DNA of 64,000 nt from Capsulimonadaceae bacterium. Lineage in GTDB: Bacteria > Armatimonadota > Armatimonadia > Armatimonadales > Capsulimonadaceae. A model generated the notes under the pieces. It was not told the origin of the DNA, searched no databases, and saw nothing but the letters and a program-made list of their open reading frames with translations. The stretch is from contig OZ244065.1 in NCBI GenBank assembly GCA_965215505.1, positions 288,001-352,000 of the forward strand, read 5' to 3'. The translations under genes and the position numbers were made by a program. This document shows positions 19,262 through 29,505 of this stretch, one piece after another; the first letter of the stretch is position 1; every line of letters begins with the position of its first letter.

Positions 19262-21418
19262 TCATCTTGCCGGGAACTCGTAGATGCTCACACTGAAGCG
19301 CGGCAGCGTCAGGGAACCGGGGATCGCCGCCACGGGCGCACTGCTGACCGCCGGATTCTGGCCGCCGGCTTCGGCGGACGCCAGCCGCCACAGGGTGCCT
19401 TTGCCGGCGAGATCGGCCCCGGCCATGACCAGGGTGAGCGGCTGCTCGACATCGGTGGGGTTTAGGATCGCCACCGTCAGCGTGCGGCGGTCGCTCGTCC
19501 ACGCCGCCACGACGTCGAGCGGGAACGTGGCACTGCCGGCGTTCACCGCCGGCTGCTCCCCGCCGGGCGGGTCGGCTGGCCTGGGCTGCGGGGAACTGCC
19601 CGAAACATCCACCGGAATCGTGCCGTAGTGGTCACGGTAGATCTTGAAGACCTGCGCGTTGTCGTTCAGCGCGTTGGTCGTCCCGTCCCGAGTCAGCAGC
19701 GACGTTGCGAACGTGTACGCGGCCATCTGCATGATGTCGCTGTGCCGGAACATCTCCTGGAACACCCAGGCGAGGGCCGGGTAGACCGGGTAGCGGTTGT
19801 TGGGCGTGTAGGCCCATTCATCAATGTTTAGCGGCTTGGGGTGGGTGACGAGCGGCGGGAACCGCTTCTCGTACTCCTTATACTCCTCGTACTTGATGCG
19901 GACGTGATTGGCCGGGCGGCGCATCCAGTCCGTGACCGGCTCATTGGGGTCGTTCGGGACCTGACGCCCTTCGGCCAAGCTGAAATGCGTCGCGCCGTAG
20001 TTGTAGTAGTGTTCGCTGATCAGGTCGAAGTTGTCGAAACACTTCGAGAACAGCATGCCGTCCCAGTCGCCGGGCGACAGATACGGTGCAACGAGGTCGG
20101 TGCCCAGGTTCAGGGACTCCTTGGAGCCCGTCATGGTGTCCGGCATGGCACCGCTGGCGATCAGGACGATGGACGGGTCCACTTTACGCATGGCCTTGGC
20201 GAACTCGTTGTGCTTGAACGCGAACTGGGCGGGCTTCATTGCGCCGTACTGATAGCTGATGCCCCACATCTCGTTGCCGATGCCCCAGAACTTCACACCG
20301 TAGGGTTTGGGGTGGCCGTTTGCCGCCCGCAATCTCCCCATCGGCGTGCGGGCATCGCCGTTCGTGTACTCCACATACTGGGCGGCGGACCAGGCATCCC
20401 CGGTCCCGGCGTTCACCGCGACATAAGGCTCGACATCGAGGAGCCTGCACAGCGTCATGAACTCATCGGTGCCGATGTCGTTGGGCTGAAGCGCGTTCCA
20501 GACCGGGTCCCAGGTGGGCGGACGCTTGTCCGGGTCGCCGATGGCGTTGCGCCACTCATGCGCCGAGACGAAGTTGCCGCCGGGAAAACGGTAGACGCCG
20601 GAGCGCAGGCTCTTGAGCGCGGCGATCGAATCGGGCCGGAACCCGCTGAGATTATCCGCAGGCGTCAGAGACACCGCGCCGACGTGGAACGAGCCGGCCC
20701 CGACGCCGACGATCTCAAACTGGGCAGGGCCGGACTGGTCGGCCTTGAACGAGAAGGAGACCTTCCTGTAGCGCGGCCCCACGCTGCCGAGTGGGACGAC
20801 CTGGCGGACCGCCTCCGGGCCGGTGCCCCAGACGATGTTGACGGCGACCTTCGCCATGGAATCGCCGGCCATCTGGATGCGGCCATTGTAGGCTACTCCC
20901 TGGACAAGACTCACCCCCGTCTGGCGTATGCCGCGCGGCTCCGCGCCGGCGAGTCTGACCAGCGGCGTGTGGTCGCCGGCAAAGGGGCCGTGGGCGTCCA
21001 TCACCACCGAGTCGGCCGGACCGATGGGGTTCCACCGCCCTGGCCCCACGCCGCGTCGGCGGCCAAAGCCGGGTCCCCCCGGCCCGCCCTGGACCCCATT
21101 GGGGTTGCCCTGTGGGGGCGGCTGGACTGCGTAATAGAACTTCCGGTCGTCCAGCAGTTCGCACCAAAGGCTGCTGTAGATGAGGCTTCCGGCATGCTCG
21201 ATGAACTGCCCGTAGAGGTAAGGAGAAATAGGCACCCCAACTTTCGAGGCGTCAATCGTCGCGGTCACGGCCTGGCCCCGCGGCGGGGCGGCCGATTGGG
21301 CTTGTGATCGCGTACCGCCGGCCAGGGCGGCGAGCAGCACCGCCGAGGCGGTGAGCGTCAGAGTGATGCGCTTCTTTGTCAACGTCATGCTTTTCGCCTT
21401 CATGCTTTTCGCCTTCAT
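19262..21418 (-). CDS. GH51 alpha-L-arabinofuranosidase, secreted
   Basis: 'ISPYLYGQFIEH', 'RFPGGNFVS', 'GTDEF', 'WGIGNEMWG', 'IDEW'. Confidence 0.9.
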   Translation of the reverse strand: MKAKSMKAKSMTLTKKRITLTLTASAVLLAALAGGTRSQAQSAAPPRGQAVTATIDASKVGVPISPYLYGQFIEHAGSLIYSSLWCELLDDRKFYYAVQPPPQGNPNGVQGGPGGPGFGRRRGVGPGRWNPIGPADSVVMDAHGPFAGDHTPLVRLAGAEPRGIRQTGVSLVQGVAYNGRIQMAGDSMAKVAVNIVWGTGPEAVRQVVPLGSVGPRYRKVSFSFKADQSGPAQFEIVGVGAGSFHVGAVSLTPADNLSGFRPDSIAALKSLRSGVYRFPGGNFVSAHEWRNAIGDPDKRPPTWDPVWNALQPNDIGTDEFMTLCRLLDVEPYVAVNAGTGDAWSAAQYVEYTNGDARTPMGRLRAANGHPKPYGVKFWGIGNEMWGISYQYGAMKPAQFAFKHNEFAKAMRKVDPSIVLIASGAMPDTMTGSKESLNLGTDLVAPYLSPGDWDGMLFSKCFDNFDLISEHYYNYGATHFSLAEGRQVPNDPNEPVTDWMRRPANHVRIKYEEYKEYEKRFPPLVTHPKPLNIDEWAYTPNNRYPVYPALAWVFQEMFRHSDIMQMAAYTFATSLLTRDGTTNALNDNAQVFKIYRDHYGTIPVDVSGSSPQPRPADPPGGEQPAVNAGSATFPLDVVAAWTSDRRTLTVAILNPTDVEQPLTLVMAGADLAGKGTLWRLASAEAGGQNPAVSSAPVAAIPGSLTLPRFSVSIYEFPAR

Positions 21419-21427
21419 GCCCTGCCC

Positions 21428-23713
21428 TCACGAATGCGCCGTCACCGTGATGACCTGCCGGGCGCGAATGTCGGTGGAGGAGGAGCCGATCTGGATCTCA
21501 TAAGGGCCAGGCTCCACCACATAAGCCTTCTTGGTCACGTCCCAATAACGGAACCGCGCGGGGGAGATGGTCAACGTCGCCGTGCGCGTCTGCCCTTTGG
21601 GAACGGACACGCGCTGGAAGGCGCAGAGGCTATGAATGGGCTGCGGCACTGCCGACTTGACGTGCCGGACGTAGACCTGGACCACTTCATCGCCGTCCCG
21701 CGCCCCGGTGTTACGCACCGGCACCGTGACCTGGAGCGTGTCCGTGGGACGGAGCTGCCGGGCGCTGAAGCGCGGCTTGCCGTAGGAGAAATCGGTGTAG
21801 CTCAGGCCGTAACCGAAGGGGAACAGCGCCTTCCCGGCGTAGTACCGGTAGGTGCGGCTGGCCATGCTGTAGTCCTGAAAGTCCGGCAGGGCCTCCGTGG
21901 AGGCGTAGAACGTCACGGGCAGCCGCCCGGAGGGGTTGTAGCGGCCCAGCAGGACGTCGGCCACCGCCGTGCCCCCGTTCTGGCCGGGATACCACGCCTG
22001 TAGGATGGCGGCCATGTGGTCCGCCTCCCAGGGGATCGCCATCGCGCTACCGCTGCAATTGACATACACGACGGGCTTGCCCACGGCGGCCACCGCTCTG
22101 AGGAGGTCTTCCTGCACCTGTGGCAGCTCGATGCGGGTGCGGTCACCGCCCGTGAAGCCCACCATTGTCACCCGCATCTCCTCCCCTTCCAGCCGCGCGG
22201 AGATGCCGCCGACGTAGATGACCACGTCGGCACTCTTTGCCGCCTCCACCGCCTGCTGGAACTCCGGCGAACTCGCGCCGGAGGTGTCGGCGGCATTGAC
22301 GGCCAGCGGGCAGCCGCGAACGTAGGTGACCTCTGCCCCCGTGCCGAGGGCGTCTTTGAGGCCCTGAAGGATGCTGATCGGGTGGGACGGTGTCCCGTTG
22401 TAGTTGCCCTGAAGCATCCGGATGTCGTCGGCATTGGCCCCGATGACGGCCACATGCTTGAGCTTGGCGGGGTCCAGCGGCAGCAGGCCGTCGTTTTTGA
22501 GCAGCACCATGGACTCGCGGGCCGCCCGCAGCGCCAGGTCGCCGTGCTGGGGCGTGTCGTTGTCCGCCGCCGTGATCTTCGCGTAGGCGTAGGTCGGCGG
22601 GTCAAAGAGGCCCAGCCGGAAGCGCTCCGTCAGGACGCGCCGCAAGGCCGTATTGATCTCGTCTTCGGAGATCTGCCCGCCGTGGACGGCCGAGACCAGC
22701 GCGCCGTAGGTGCCGCCGCAGTTGAGGTCGGTCCCGGCCTTGACGGCGTCCGCGGCGGCCTGCTCGCGGGTGTCGGCATAGTGATGGCCGCCGACGATGT
22801 CACCGACGGCATCGCAGTCGGAGACGACATAGCCGTCAAAGCCCCACTGCCCGCGCAGCAGGTCGGTCAGCAGCCACTTGTCCGCCGGGGCGGGGATGCC
22901 GTTGATGGCGTTGTAGGCGCTCATCACCTGGCCGACGTGTCCCTCGCGCACGGCGGCCTCGAACTGGGGCAGGTACGTCTCGTACAGGTCCCTTTCCGGG
23001 GGGTGGACGTCGAACCGGTGGCGCAGAGGCTCGGGGCCGCTGTGAACGGCGAAGTGCTTGGCGCAGGCGACGGCTTTCAGGTGCTGCGGGTCGTCGCCCT
23101 GCATCCCCTGGATGAAAGCGACGCCCATCCGGGCGGTCAGGAAGGGGTCCTCCCCGTAGGTCTCCTGCCCGCGCCCCCAGCGCGGGTCGCGGAAGATGTT
23201 GATGTTCGGGGACCAGATCGTCAGCCCGTTAAACCAGCCGTGGTCGCCCTCCACTCCCTTCGCGTTGAACTTGGCCCGCGCCTCCGTGGCGACCACATCG
23301 CCGATGGCGTGCAGGAGTGGCGGGTCCCAGGTGGCGGCATTGCCGATGGCCTGGGGGAACACCGTCGCGATCCCCTCATTGGCGATCCCATGCAGCCCCT
23401 CGCTCCAGTAATTGTAGGCGGGGACCCCCAGCCGGTGGATGGCGGGGGCACCGTTCTGGAGCTGCGCGGTCTTCTCCTCCAGCGTCATTTGGCCCATCAG
23501 GCTCTCCACCCGCGCCGCCAGCGGCCGGGAAGTATCCCGATAGGCCTGCGTTTCCGGGGCCGGGGCCGCGGGTGCCGCCGGGGCCGCGGCTGCGGCGTCC
23601 TGCGCCCGGACGGGCATGGGGCCGGCCAGCAGGGCGGCCCCGGCCCAAACGCCGGACAAGCTGGCGGCGAGGGCCAATGATTTTCCGAGGCGTACTTTTT
23701 TAAACGATGTCAT
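21428..23713 (-). CDS. GH3 beta-xylosidase/beta-glucosidase, secreted
   Basis: 'WSPNINIFRDPRWGRGQETYGEDP', 'KHFAVH', 'VVSDCDA', C-terminal Fn3-like domain. Confidence 0.95.
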   Translation of the reverse strand: MTSFKKVRLGKSLALAASLSGVWAGAALLAGPMPVRAQDAAAAAPAAPAAPAPETQAYRDTSRPLAARVESLMGQMTLEEKTAQLQNGAPAIHRLGVPAYNYWSEGLHGIANEGIATVFPQAIGNAATWDPPLLHAIGDVVATEARAKFNAKGVEGDHGWFNGLTIWSPNINIFRDPRWGRGQETYGEDPFLTARMGVAFIQGMQGDDPQHLKAVACAKHFAVHSGPEPLRHRFDVHPPERDLYETYLPQFEAAVREGHVGQVMSAYNAINGIPAPADKWLLTDLLRGQWGFDGYVVSDCDAVGDIVGGHHYADTREQAAADAVKAGTDLNCGGTYGALVSAVHGGQISEDEINTALRRVLTERFRLGLFDPPTYAYAKITAADNDTPQHGDLALRAARESMVLLKNDGLLPLDPAKLKHVAVIGANADDIRMLQGNYNGTPSHPISILQGLKDALGTGAEVTYVRGCPLAVNAADTSGASSPEFQQAVEAAKSADVVIYVGGISARLEGEEMRVTMVGFTGGDRTRIELPQVQEDLLRAVAAVGKPVVYVNCSGSAMAIPWEADHMAAILQAWYPGQNGGTAVADVLLGRYNPSGRLPVTFYASTEALPDFQDYSMASRTYRYYAGKALFPFGYGLSYTDFSYGKPRFSARQLRPTDTLQVTVPVRNTGARDGDEVVQVYVRHVKSAVPQPIHSLCAFQRVSVPKGQTRTATLTISPARFRYWDVTKKAYVVEPGPYEIQIGSSSTDIRARQVITVTAHS

Positions 23714-23775
23714 TTCTTGTCGTCTCCCGAATGATGCTGTCAGCGGTGTGTGACGGTATCAGCGCGGCACCGCGC

Positions 23776-26569
23776 TCATTCACGCACGGTCAGCGCCTTC
23801 CCCGTGTAAATCACGGTCTTTGTCGCGGCGGGCGCACCCATCGCCCCCGGCTTCTCCCAGACGATCCGGAAGGTGCGCTTCTGGAGCATCCCGGCGAACG
23901 AGCCTGTCCGCCTGCCCACCGTGAGCACCCGCCACTTGTCGTCCCAGGTGAAGGGGATGGTCGCTGACCGCCCCCGGAGATAGTTCGTGTTGTCTCCCTC
24001 ATCCTCGTAAAGCGTGAAGGCACCGTCCGCGCCGAGGTAGACGCGCAGCTCGATCGGGTCGGCCGCTTTCTGCGCGACGTACTGGAGTTCCGGCCCGAAC
24101 GGGATGATGGCGCCGTCGCGGATGAACAGCGGAATCTTCTCGACCGGCGCGGCGGCGGTGATCGTCTGCCCGCCGCGATAGTGTGTTCCGGTCCAGAAAT
24201 CCATCCAGCCGGTGCCGCCGGGCAGATAAACGGAGCGCGACACCGCGCCTGGTTTAATGACGGGGCAGACCAAAATCGAAGGGCCGAACAGAAACTCGTC
24301 CTGGGCATGGCAGGCCGTGGCGTCCTTCGGGAAGTCCATCACGAGCGCGCGCATGATCGTTCCGCCGCCATGCGTCACCTGCCAGGCCTGAGAGTAAATG
24401 TAGGGCATCAGGCGGTAGCGCAGGGTATCGTACTGAACCAGAGTCTTCTCCGTGTCCGGCCCGAAGCGCCAGAGTTCTTTGGGCGTGTCCGTGCCGTGAA
24501 CCCGGAAGAGCGGGCAGAACGTCCCGTACTCGAACCAGCGCGTGAACAGCTCCCGATAGGCAGGGTTGGAGGAGCCGCCCGGAAACGAACTGCGCGGGAC
24601 GAAGAAGCCGCCGATGTCGGTGGTCCAGTAGGGGATGCCGGACAGGCAGAAGTTCAGACCGGCGGGAATCTGCCGGGCAAAGACGTCCCAACTGGCGGTG
24701 ATGTCCCCCGACCAGGTCGCAGCCCCGGTGCGCTGCTGGCCTGCATAGGCCGAGCGGGTCAGGATGAAGACGCGCTTGTTCGGGGCCGCAAGCCGCTGAC
24801 CTTCCGAGACGCCCACCGTGTGCATGAGCGGCCAGGCGTTCAGCACCCGCGCGCCGAGGCCGGCGGCGGTCGTCGTCCGGCGGAACGCCGTCATGTTGAC
24901 CTCCGGCTCGGAGGCATCCAGCCACCAGGCGTCCACGCCCTTGGAGAACAGCGCGTCGCGCATCTGCCGCCAGTAGATCGTCCGCGCCTCCGGGCTGAAG
25001 GCGTCGTAGAATTGGTCCGGCCCACGGACGGAGGCCGGGTACAAAAAGCCTTTGGCGTTCATCTCATCGTAGTTGTCGTCGGGTTTGCCCGCCCGGCTCG
25101 CGTCGAACTTGCCCCAGACGGAGATCATGAGGTGCAGGTGGTCCTGATCGTGCAGGGCCTTGATGGTGCCCGCCGGATCGGGGTAGCGTTTCGGGTCGAA
25201 CTGGTGCGACCCCCAGGCGAGCGGGTCCCAGTAGAACCAGTCCTGGACGATGTTGTCGAGCGGCTCGTGCCGCGAGCGGTAGCCTTGGGCGACGTCGAGC
25301 AGTTCCTGCTGGGTGGCGTAGCGCTCTTTGCTCTGCCACAAGCCCAGCGCCCACTTCGGGATGAGCGGCGCTTCGCCGGTGGCGTGACGGTACTCGGCGA
25401 TCACCCGGTCCAGGGAGGGGCCGTAGAAGACGGTGTAGTCGAGCGTGTCGGCCGCCTCGGATGTCCACTGCACCCTCGGGTGGGTGCCCGGCTTGCTCCA
25501 GGAGAGGCGGACCAGGGCGTCGCCGCCGCCCTGGAAGTACTCCAGGCGGATCGCGTGCCGCGTGCCCGCCGCAAGGTGGACGGTCGCCTCGTCGGTGGCG
25601 GCGGGGTGGACCGACCAGTCATCAATCACGGGCTTGCCGTCTATCCACAGCCGCGCCCCGTCATCCGCCCTGGTCTGGAAGGCGTAGTCGCCCGCCTCCG
25701 CCGCCTGGACGAAGCCCGTCCAGCGCACGGAATAGTTGTCGTGCGGCAGCCCCGCCGGCGGCACGGCGGTCCAGAGGAAATCCACGCCGGGGTCGGTCTG
25801 CGTCCGGGCCGGACTCTCGAAGTTCGTTCCCAAGAAGTAGTGCGCCGTCAGGCCGCCCGGCTTGCCGTTTTCGTCTTCGAGTGCCGTGGCCGGGATGACC
25901 GCCGAGCGCGATCCGGCGGAGATCTCCGTGTGGGCGGCGTCGTTCCAGAGGAGGCCGTAGCCGCGATTGGAGACCAGAAACGGGATGCCGACCTCGCGGT
26001 TCCCCTGCTCCTCGATGACGGTCGTGCCCCGGTGGTCGAGGTGGCCGTCCTGGTGCTGCCCCAGGCCATAGATCGCCTCCCCAGGTGCCAGCGCGAACGT
26101 GTCCTCCGCCCTGAACGAGTCTTCATGGCTTCCCGGCCCCGAGGCCGGCAGGGTGATCGGAGTCAGGGAGCGGGCGCCGGGCGCTTCGTCCAGGACCGGG
26201 TGCCCGGAAGCATCCAGAAACCGGACCGCGCCAGTCCTGCGGTTGACACGCGCCTGTAGGTGGCCCGTGGCGAGCGTCACCGAGGCGGCATTGGCCGAGA
26301 CCCGGAACGCGGGCGGCGGGTCTTTCGCGATCAGGACCGGGACGCGCTGCGGCGGGAAGACGCCGTCCGCGCTGTCGCGGACGCGGATGACATCCGGGGC
26401 CAGGGCCTGGAGCCGGAGCGTATCATGGCCGAACGAGAGGATGACCCCATCGGGCTGTTTCTGCACGGACCGTACCGACTCGGCACGGGCGTGGGGACAG
26501 AGTGAGAGCGCGCACGCCGCGACCGCAGCACCGGCGCGCATACGCCCGATTGTGATTCCTGTACTTTTT
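23776..26569 (-). CDS. GH31 alpha-xylosidase with PA14 insert; main body of a gene whose original start (27400) is cut off by the IS; possible restart at ATG 26541
   Basis: 'NIVQDW', 'WWLDASEPE', 'WSGDI', 'YWTTDIGGF'; PA14 'ADDGARLWIDG'. Confidence 0.88.
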
Positions 26570-26620
26570 GGTAGTGGTTTCAAGGATGTTGTTGTCTCGT
26601 CCGCTGGGTAGACTCCGAAC

Positions 26621-26938
26621 ATGGTCATCCAAGTCCTTCACTGCGCCCACTGCCAGAGCCAGAACGTCATCCGCCACGGCAAAGACAAAGCCGACCGCCA
26701 GCGCTACCGCTGCCACGACTGCCGCCGCACCTTCCAGGACGCCCAGGAGCAGGCGAGCCGTCGCGCCCGGCGCGCGGAAACCCAAGCCCGCGCCCTCGCG
26801 GCCTACCAGGAGCGCGCCTCGATGCGCGGGGTCTGCCGCCTCTTCGGCATCGGGCGGAACACCCTGAGCGGCTGGCTAAAAAAAAGCCCGCCACTTACCG
26901 CCGCTCCCCGAGACGCTGGCCCCCGTCCGACGCGATGA
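26621..26938 (+). CDS. insA: IS1 transposase N-terminal part (InsA: zinc finger plus HTH)
   Basis: 'CAHCQS...RHG...QRYRCHDCRRTF', HTH 'SMRGVCRLFGIGRNTLSGW'. Confidence 0.9.
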   Translation: MVIQVLHCAHCQSQNVIRHGKDKADRQRYRCHDCRRTFQDAQEQASRRARRAETQARALAAYQERASMRGVCRLFGIGRNTLSGWLKKSPPLTAAPRDAGPRPTR

Positions 26939-27374
26939 CGTGCTGGAACTCGACGAACTCTGGTCGTTCGTCGCACGGCGCAAGAACAAGCGGTGGGTGT
27001 GGCTCGCCCTGTGCCGCCGGACGCGCCAGGTCGTCGCCTACGCCCTCGGGGACCGGGGCGTGCGGACCTGCCGCCTGCTGTGGGAGCGCGTCCCGCGTCG
27101 GCTGCGCCAGGCGCTGACGTTCACGGACTTCTGGGGGGCGTACCAGAAGGTGGTGCCGGAGGGGCAGCACGTCGCCTGCGGCAAGGGCAGCGGCCAGACT
27201 GATCATATCGAGCGGTTCAACAACACGCTGCGGCAGCGCCTCGCCCGGTTCGTGCGGCAGACGCTCTCGTTCAGCAAGTCGGAGGTGATGCATGAGGACT
27301 GCCTGCGGCTGTTCCTGCACCACTACAACACGCACATGGCTCCCGGCGTGGCTGCCAGCCAACAACACTCATGA
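26880..27374 (+). CDS. insB: IS1 transposase catalytic part (InsB, DDE), reached by frameshift at the A8 run 26878-26885
   Basis: 'ELDELWSFV', 'FTDFWGAY', 'HIERFNNTLRQRLAR..R.TLSFSK'. Confidence 0.9.
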   Translation, partial: KKARHLPPLPETLAPVRRDDVLELDELWSFVARRKNKRWVWLALCRRTRQVVAYALGDRGVRTCRLLWERVPRRLRQALTFTDFWGAYQKVVPEGQHVACGKGSGQTDHIERFNNTLRQRLARFVRQTLSFSKSEVMHEDCLRLFLHHYNTHMAPGVAASQQHS

Positions 27375-27435
27375 AACCACTACCTACTTTTTAATCTCAT
27401 AGCGTCTTTTTTGAGGTCTAGTGCCGCCGCGTGTC

Positions 27436-29502
27436 TCACCGGAACACGCGCTGAAGGAAATAGTACAGGTTGTTCTTCCACTCCGTGGCGTCGTGTGCGT
27501 GACCGTCCACGTTCCAGACGTGCGGGACGTCCTTCTCCTTCAGGTAGGCGTGTACCCCCTGGCTGATTCGCAGCAGCCCGTCCTGGCTGCCGCCCGAGAC
27601 CCAGAGCAGCTTCAGCCCCTTGCGCGCCGCCGCCGGGTCCGGCACGAGCTGCGCTGGGGCTTCCGTGTTCGGGGCCGCCGAGAAACCGCCCACCCAGGCA
27701 AACCTGTCGAGGTGCGCCAGCCCGAAGTCGAGCGACTGGCCGCCCCCCATGGACAGCCCCGCCAGCGCCCGATGCTCCCGGTCCGCCCGCACCGAGTAGC
27801 GCGACTCGATTGCCGGGATGACGTCTTGCAGCAGGTCCTGCTCGAACGCGGCGAACGCGGGCGCGGAGGCGTAAACGTTCCCCTCGGCCCGGTCGTTCTT
27901 CTGGGCGCGGCCGTTCGGCATCACGAGGATCATCGGGACCGCTTTGCCCGCCGCGACCAGGTTGTCCAGCAGGAGATCGGGCGTCGCGACCCGTTCCCAT
28001 TCCGTCTCATCGCCGCCGATCCCGTGCAGCAGATACAGCACCGGGTACTTCTTGGCCGGCGTGTAGCCGGGCGGCGTATACACCTGCATCTTGCGGCGCG
28101 TGCCGACGGTCTTGGAGTCGTACTCGACCATCTCCAGCTTGCCGTGCGGGATGTCTGCGCGGTTCGCGGCGATGTCGGCGGGCGGCTCGGGATAGACCTG
28201 CTTGTCGTCCGGGTTCAGCGTCACTGGGCCACCGAAGGCACTCGGCCCGATGCGCGGCTCGCCGGCGACGGGCCGGGGGGCGTCCGGCCCCTGGAACAGC
28301 AGGGGCGCGAATTCGTGCAGGTCGCGCCGCCAGGTCAGCCACTCGTGCGCGGTTCCGGGCGACTCGTAGTAGACGTTCTTGATTCCCGCCTGCTCCAGCG
28401 CCAGGTGGTAGCCGTGGACGCTGTTGTAAATAAACTGTGGCTCTGCCGTCCCGGCACCCAGCCAGAGGAGCCGCATCTTTTTGTTGAAGGCGTCCGGGTC
28501 CGCCATGACCCCGTTGTGATCGGTCTTCAAGTCCAAGGGGCCGCCGAACCCGCCACCGCCACCGCTGAAGCCGCCGATGGAAGCGAAAACGTCCGTGTGG
28601 TTTAGCCCGATCAGGTACGCCTGGAACCCGCCCATCGAGAGGCCCGCCAGCGCCCGGTGGTCCCGGTCGGGGACGGTCCGGTAGGTGGAATCAATCATGG
28701 GGATCAGGTCTTTGAGGAACACGTCGTCGAGCGCCGAGAACATCCGGCTGAAATCCGGTGCGCCCCCGCCTGGACCTCCCGGTCCGGGCGGGGTGGCCGT
28801 CTCGCCGGCCCGCCGGGCGTACCCGTTTTCCATGACCACCAGCATCGGCTTCGCCTTGCCCTCGGCGATGAGGTTGTCCAGGATGATGCCGACGCGCCCC
28901 TGGTTTCCCCAGCCGCGCTCGTCCTCGCCCGACCCGTGCTGGAGGTAGAGGACGGGGTAGCGGGCGGCCCGTCTGGTGTCGTAGTCGGGTGGGGTGTAGA
29001 CGAAGATGCGCCGCCACGACCCGGTCGTCTTGGAGAAGTACCGCCGCTCGCGCACCTCGCCCTGCGGCACGTTCTTGACCTGGTAGAAGTCCACGCCCTT
29101 TTCCGGGATCTCAATGCCGCTGGCCTCCTTGCCAGTGCCGTAGAAGGTCTCGCTGCCGGGGTCGTTGACCGAGACGCCGTCAATCACCAGGAAGTAGTAG
29201 TGGAAGCCGGGCACCTGCGGATCGGTCGTGGCGGTCCAGTTGCCCTCGCCGTCCTTTGTCGCGGCGTAATGCTTGCCCAGGTCGAATTCCACCTTCTGGG
29301 CGTCCGGTGCCTTGACGCGGAAGACGACGCGCAGGTCGGGCGTGAGGCGCGGGTACTCGGTTCCCGCAATGTTGGATGTCGCGGGAACGGCCTCCGCCGC
29401 ACTTGGGGTCGGCGGAGTATCCGCCGCCGCGGGCGGGCCGGCGGCCAGGGCGAGGGGCACGAGGGCGGCGATCTGCCATAGAGCTTGCCACGGGAGTTTC
29501 AT
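27436..29502 (-). CDS. Secreted double alpha/beta-hydrolase esterase (CE1-like feruloyl/acetyl xylan esterase) with N-terminal Ig/CBM48-like module
   Basis: Two 'YPVLYL.HG' and two 'ALAGLSMGG' motifs; signal peptide. Confidence 0.88.
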   Translation of the reverse strand: MKLPWQALWQIAALVPLALAAGPPAAADTPPTPSAAEAVPATSNIAGTEYPRLTPDLRVVFRVKAPDAQKVEFDLGKHYAATKDGEGNWTATTDPQVPGFHYYFLVIDGVSVNDPGSETFYGTGKEASGIEIPEKGVDFYQVKNVPQGEVRERRYFSKTTGSWRRIFVYTPPDYDTRRAARYPVLYLQHGSGEDERGWGNQGRVGIILDNLIAEGKAKPMLVVMENGYARRAGETATPPGPGGPGGGAPDFSRMFSALDDVFLKDLIPMIDSTYRTVPDRDHRALAGLSMGGFQAYLIGLNHTDVFASIGGFSGGGGGFGGPLDLKTDHNGVMADPDAFNKKMRLLWLGAGTAEPQFIYNSVHGYHLALEQAGIKNVYYESPGTAHEWLTWRRDLHEFAPLLFQGPDAPRPVAGEPRIGPSAFGGPVTLNPDDKQVYPEPPADIAANRADIPHGKLEMVEYDSKTVGTRRKMQVYTPPGYTPAKKYPVLYLLHGIGGDETEWERVATPDLLLDNLVAAGKAVPMILVMPNGRAQKNDRAEGNVYASAPAFAAFEQDLLQDVIPAIESRYSVRADREHRALAGLSMGGGQSLDFGLAHLDRFAWVGGFSAAPNTEAPAQLVPDPAAARKGLKLLWVSGGSQDGLLRISQGVHAYLKEKDVPHVWNVDGHAHDATEWKNNLYYFLQRVFR

Positions 29503-29505
29503 GGG

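Larger units (their letters stand above)
26570..27384 (+). mobile_element. IS1-family insertion sequence, 815 bp, 8-bp target duplication TACTTTTT
   Basis: Imperfect TIRs GGTAGTGGTTTCAAGGATGTTGTTG / GGTAGTGGTTTCATGAGTGTTGTTG (rc); TSD at 26562-26569 and 27385-27392. Confidence 0.96.
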
